DNA of 64,000 nucleotides from an uncultured Bacilli bacterium (GTDB taxonomy: Bacteria > Bacillota_I > Bacilli_A > RFN20 > CAG-826): assembly GCA_947625975.1 (NCBI GenBank), contig CANQQL010000001.1, positions 10,833 to 74,832 on the forward strand, in the 5' to 3' direction. Positions 59,956-64,000 of this stretch are shown here, one piece after another (within the stretch, counting starts at the first letter, position 1; each line of letters opens with the position of its first letter). Below the pieces are notes generated by a model. The model was not told where the DNA came from and searched no databases. It saw nothing but the letters and a program-made list of their open reading frames with translations. Made by a program: the position numbers and the translations under genes.

Positions 59956-60492
59956 ATGACAAAAGTCATAATAATAGGAGCAATTTTGACCGCGATTTTA
60001 ATGCTTGTTTTTACCAAAATTGATCCAACAATTTCTGCTAATCAAAATAATTTAAACCAATCTACGCAGGTGGAAAAAGATTATGTATCTTGTTCCATAA
60101 GTGGTGAGGTATTGCGACCGGGAAGTTATGTTTTAAATAGCGACTCTACTTTGTTAGATTTAATTTCTACTGCAGGGGGATTAACGGCAAATGCGGATGA
60201 ATTGGCCTTTAACTCAGCTATTTTTTTAATAGATGGGATGGATTATTATATTGCTAAAAAATCCAAAACGCCGGATACTTGTCAAATTGAAACTATTGAA
60301 AAGGTTAATATTAACACGGCAAGCAAAGAAGAACTTATGCAAATAAATGGGATAGGAGCATCGACTGCCCAAGCAATAATCGACTATCGCGAACTAAATG
60401 GTGAATTTACCTATTTAGAAGAATTAAAAAATGTCGCAGGAATAGGAAATGCAACATTTGAAAAAATAAAAGATTATGTGGTAATATACTAA
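59956..60492 (+). CDS. comEA: competence protein ComEA (SLBB + helix-hairpin-helix DNA-binding)
   Basis: N-terminal TM, then a C-terminal tandem HhH (INTASKEELMQINGIGASTAQAIIDYR). Confidence 0.8.
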   Translation: MTKVIIIGAILTAILMLVFTKIDPTISANQNNLNQSTQVEKDYVSCSISGEVLRPGSYVLNSDSTLLDLISTAGGLTANADELAFNSAIFLIDGMDYYIAKKSKTPDTCQIETIEKVNINTASKEELMQINGIGASTAQAIIDYRELNGEFTYLEELKNVAGIGNATFEKIKDYVVIY

Positions 60493-60495
60493 GTA

Positions 60496-62460
60496 ATGAC
60501 TGCGATAGTATTTGCTCTTGCTACGAGTTTTTTACTATTTGGGAATCCTTTTATTTCTTTAATAATTTTTGTGAGTTTTATATTTTTTAATTTGCATAAA
60601 AGAAATAAAATAATTCTTTTTTTATGCACTATTATTTATTGTTTTTTAGTAAATTTTTTTGCGAGAAATATTTTTACTTATACTATAGATAAAGTTATGG
60701 TGGTTGTTGATGTAAAAGACAACTACATCATTGTGCAAAATTTTTTTCATAAGTTCTATGTATCAATAAGTAACAACACTTACGAAGTTGGTGATATTAT
60801 TGCTCTTAAAGGCGAAACGTTAAGACTTAAAATGCACGCAATAGAGGGGCATTTTGATTTTCAAAACTATTTAGAACATAAAGGAATATTTTTTGAAATA
60901 AAAAATTATGAGATAGAAATATTGATAAATTCTTTTTTTCCAAAAAGAAAAATCTTAAATAATTGGCTAGAACCCTATAGTGCACAAAGTAAGGACTTCA
61001 TAAGATCTTTTGTTTTTGGCCTGTCGCGTGGTGAGTTTTTAAAAGAATATTCAAATACATCTATTGCATATTTCCTAGGCTTAAATAATTACTTGTTGAC
61101 TACTTTGTTTTTTGGTGTCAATGCTTTGATGCGTAAATTAACAAAAAAATCCGAAATTGTGACCTTGTTAGTTTTAATGCCTTATTTATTATTTGTTTAT
61201 GATAAAACATGTTTTCTGCGCTTAGTTGTTTACCTTTTTGTCTTTGCTTTTTTGAAAGAAAAATATCAATTAAATTATGAAAACTGTCTAAAAATTATAT
61301 TTGTTATTTATATAGTAATTTCCCCTTTTAATGTTTTTAATGAAGGCCTTATGCTTCCGTTGCTGTTGAGCTTTCTTCTAAAATTTATTAAACAGTTTAA
61401 AGCAAGAAAAATTTTAAAAACAATCCTGATTTATATAACATTTTCTCTAGTAGGTATAGTTAAAGAGAATATTTTAACTATCTTTGCGCCGCTATATCGT
61501 ATTATGATACTTCCAATCATATTTGTTTTTTATTTGTTTTCTTTTTTTTCAGTGTCTTTTGAGTCTCTTATAGTATTTCATCATCGATGGTCAGTAGCAC
61601 TTTTAAAAACATTTGATTTTTTATTATATTTTGATTTAAAAATATATTTATATCCGGATATAATCAGTCCCACTATTGCTTGCATTCTTTTTATGGTTGT
61701 TTTATTTGGATTTTACATTAATCATAAAAAAATCATCGAAAAGTGTTCAATACTTTTTTGTTTAAGTATAACTATATTAGCCACAAATATACATAATTAC
61801 ATATTTGATTATGTATGTTTCCTTGATGTGGGCCAAGGGGATTGTGCACTGTTAATTCATAAAAATAAAGGACTTTTGATTGATACTGGAGGATTACTTT
61901 ATGAAGATTTAGCTACGACAACTTTAATACCTTTTTTTAATAAATTTCATTTAAAAAATATAGATACTGTAATATGCTCTCATTCTGATTTTGATCATAT
62001 AGGAGCCCTAAATTCTTTAAAAGAGCATTTTTTGGTAGAAAGAGTTTTATCCAAAAAGGAGGATTTTCCGTTTAATTTTTATGGAATACAAATTTACAAT
62101 TTAAATAATTATGAAGCTCAAGACAATAATGACACCTCACTTGTTAACTATTTTTCTTTTATGAACAAAAATTTTTTATTTTTAGGTGATGCCTCAGCAA
62201 ATATAGAAAGAAAAATTATCCAAGAATATGACTTAAGTGATGTTGATATCGTAAAAGTTTCTCATCATGGTTCCAAAAGTGGTAGCTGTCAAGAATTGTT
62301 ACAAGAAATAAAGCCCTGCATTGCCATTATGTCTTTGGGGTTTAAAAATATATATGGTTTTCCAAATGAGGAAGTTTTAACAAGATTTAAAGAAAATAAT
62401 ATTGAAGTACATAGAACTGATGAGGAAGGTACAATTATCTACAAAAAAATATCAATTTAG
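60496..62460 (+). CDS. comEC: DNA internalisation channel ComEC (competence domain plus C-terminal metallo-beta-lactamase)
   Basis: Polytopic membrane core. C-terminal MBL motifs DVGQGDC and CSHSDFDHIG. Confidence 0.8.
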   Translation: MTAIVFALATSFLLFGNPFISLIIFVSFIFFNLHKRNKIILFLCTIIYCFLVNFFARNIFTYTIDKVMVVVDVKDNYIIVQNFFHKFYVSISNNTYEVGDIIALKGETLRLKMHAIEGHFDFQNYLEHKGIFFEIKNYEIEILINSFFPKRKILNNWLEPYSAQSKDFIRSFVFGLSRGEFLKEYSNTSIAYFLGLNNYLLTTLFFGVNALMRKLTKKSEIVTLLVLMPYLLFVYDKTCFLRLVVYLFVFAFLKEKYQLNYENCLKIIFVIYIVISPFNVFNEGLMLPLLLSFLLKFIKQFKARKILKTILIYITFSLVGIVKENILTIFAPLYRIMILPIIFVFYLFSFFSVSFESLIVFHHRWSVALLKTFDFLLYFDLKIYLYPDIISPTIACILFMVVLFGFYINHKKIIEKCSILFCLSITILATNIHNYIFDYVCFLDVGQGDCALLIHKNKGLLIDTGGLLYEDLATTTLIPFFNKFHLKNIDTVICSHSDFDHIGALNSLKEHFLVERVLSKKEDFPFNFYGIQIYNLNNYEAQDNNDTSLVNYFSFMNKNFLFLGDASANIERKIIQEYDLSDVDIVKVSHHGSKSGSCQELLQEIKPCIAIMSLGFKNIYGFPNEEVLTRFKENNIEVHRTDEEGTIIYKKISI

Positions 62461-62484
62461 TCTATAATAAAAAAGAGGTAATTT

Positions 62485-63447
62485 ATGGTTTGCTTGATAT
62501 TTGGTGCACAAGATTTAATGATAAAAAATCGTTTGAACAAGTTAATAAATGAACGATTAGGTGTAGTTAACGATTTTAATTGCGTAAAATTTAATGCGGA
62601 CACTGTTGAAATTTTTGATGTTATCGAGGAATGTAAATTAATGCCACTGGAAACTGAAAAAAAAGCAGTAGTGTATGATAACGCAAATTTTTTAAGTGGA
62701 GATAAAACTAAAAAAGTATTAACTAAAGAAAATGAGCAAGCAATCCTAAATTATTTAGAGCATACAAATGAGTATTGTGATCTTTATTTTGTGGTTCATT
62801 CTTCAAGTTTAAATCTAGCTAATCCGATATGTAAAAAAATTAAAGAAATAGGAAAAATTATTGAATCAGTAGATCCCAGTGATAAAGAGTGGCAAGATTA
62901 TGTTTATAAATTATTTGCTAAGTACGAAATTGCCATAGATAAAGAAGCAATCGAGGAGTTTTTGAAGCGCACAAATAAGGATGCAATGCTTATCAATAGT
63001 GAAGTAAAGAAATTATCTCTTTATGGCGATAAAATTACTTTAAATGTATTAAATTTAATGGTTGCAAAACCACTCGAGGATAATATATTTGAATTGGTTA
63101 ATTATTTGGTAACAAACAAAAAAAAGAATGCTATTGAACTATATCGCGATTTAATTGTAAAAAATGAAGAACCAGTTGCACTTATTGCGTTAATCGCAAC
63201 TCAATTAAGGTTTTTTGTAGATGTTTTTTCTTTACACTTAGAAAATCTGTCTCAAGAGGAAATAGCTACAACTTTAAAAGTTCACCCATATCGAATTAAG
63301 CTTGCATTAAATAACCAACGATTTATAAGTTTGAAGAGCTTAAAAGAAAGTTTAGAAAAACTCTATCAACTTGATTATGACATCAAATCAGGAAAAGTTG
63401 ATCGGTTTTTTGGACTTGAATTGTTTATTTTAAATTTTAATAAGTAG
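62485..63447 (+). CDS. holA: DNA polymerase III delta subunit
   Basis: Conserved position after comEC, with a delta-subunit-like helical pattern. 320 aa. Confidence 0.7.
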   Translation: MVCLIFGAQDLMIKNRLNKLINERLGVVNDFNCVKFNADTVEIFDVIEECKLMPLETEKKAVVYDNANFLSGDKTKKVLTKENEQAILNYLEHTNEYCDLYFVVHSSSLNLANPICKKIKEIGKIIESVDPSDKEWQDYVYKLFAKYEIAIDKEAIEEFLKRTNKDAMLINSEVKKLSLYGDKITLNVLNLMVAKPLEDNIFELVNYLVTNKKKNAIELYRDLIVKNEEPVALIALIATQLRFFVDVFSLHLENLSQEEIATTLKVHPYRIKLALNNQRFISLKSLKESLEKLYQLDYDIKSGKVDRFFGLELFILNFNK

Positions 63448-63722
63448 AAATTTAATAACTTTTTATAGCATAAAAGCATAAATATATAAATATATATAAA
63501 TTATAAAAATTAATTTTGATTTTTGTTCAATTAGTAATATGGAAATTTTTGGTAATGATTGAAAAAAATGGCTTATTTTCAAACTGAAAGCAGTTTCAGA
63601 AATAAAAAATTCTAAAAAAAAGTTGCTAAAAATATATTATTAGTATAGAATTAGGAAAACCTAAAATAATTTTGGTATTTTTGTAAAAAAGTGATAATGA
63701 CTCACAGAGGGGGAAAGACTTT

Positions 63723-64000
63723 ATGAAAAAGACTAGAAGTGTTTTTATACTAATGGTTAGCATGGTTTTTTCATTATGTGTCGCATGTAATGATCAAACT
63801 TCCATTAGCGGTTCAGAAGGATCCACTAACGAGCCAAGTGTAAGTACACAGAATTCGACTCAAACACCAAGTGTAAGTACAGAGAATTCAACTCAAACGC
63901 CGAGTGTAAGTACACCTAGTGTAAGTACAGAAAATCCTTCAGTAACTGAATATTTTGATTTTACTGTAGTTAATGGCACCGGAAGCCAAACTCATGTTGA
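63723..64000 (+). CDS. lipoprotein with Ser/Thr-rich repeats, 3' truncated by the window edge
   Basis: Lipobox SLCVACND. Repeats STQNSTQTPSVSTENSTQTPSVSTPSVSTENPSV. RBS GAGGGGGAAAG. Confidence 0.5.
   Translation, partial: MKKTRSVFILMVSMVFSLCVACNDQTSISGSEGSTNEPSVSTQNSTQTPSVSTENSTQTPSVSTPSVSTENPSVTEYFDFTVVNGTGSQTHV

Noticed and set aside
63448-63722. CTGAAAGCAGTTTCAG hairpin (about 63583-63598) as a terminator for holA.
   Set aside because: It is followed by an A-run rather than a T-run on the plus strand, and there is no minus-strand gene for it to terminate. It is probably incidental in AT-rich spacer.
1-64000. CRISPR arrays, rRNA and tRNA genes, transposases and integrases.
   Set aside because: No regularly spaced direct repeats, no rRNA-like conserved stretches, and no tRNA cloverleaf candidates were seen in the intergenic regions inspected. 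No transposase or integrase-like ORF is present. The island boundaries therefore lack an obvious mobility gene.

Overview
The window is about 29-30% GC, uses the standard genetic code, and looks like a low-GC Gram-positive (Bacillota/Erysipelotrichia-like) chromosome. Its 5' end matches the B. subtilis block stp-prkC-rsgA-rpe-thiN-like followed by rpmB on the opposite strand. Directly after rpmB (about 4.3-27.3 kb) is a large accessory carbohydrate-utilisation island. It contains three paralogous modules, each with a GH3-family glycoside hydrolase that is membrane-anchored at both ends and appears circularly permuted, plus lipoproteins made of tandem CBM6/CBM35-like (YYYEAE) beta-sandwich repeats and Ig-like domains. 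The island also holds a LytTR-type two-component system (RR+HK), a DUF2188 mini-gene, two alpha/beta-hydrolase esterases and an SGNH/DUF4886-like lipoprotein. At 28.3-34.7 kb is the candidate new system: a translationally coupled three-gene operon (485 aa / 209 aa / 1138 aa) with the size pattern of bacterial condensin-like MksF-MksE-MksB / Wadjet JetA-JetB-JetC modules, but with no Toprim/JetD-like gene in the window. A 300-aa two-TM protein of unknown function sits in the JetD position and abuts glgC. The rest is housekeeping: glgC-glgD-glgA, a C26 amidotransferase-like gene, asd-dapF-aminotransferase, a heterodimeric ABC exporter preceded by a 10-codon leader ORF with a consensus SD, a P-loop kinase-like gene, T-box-regulated leuS, tex, thyA-folA, coaX, M20 and M42 peptidases, trmB, a tRNA-binding protein, greA, comEA-comEC-holA, and a partial lipoprotein at the 3' edge. 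No rRNA, tRNA, CRISPR array or transposase gene was recognised.
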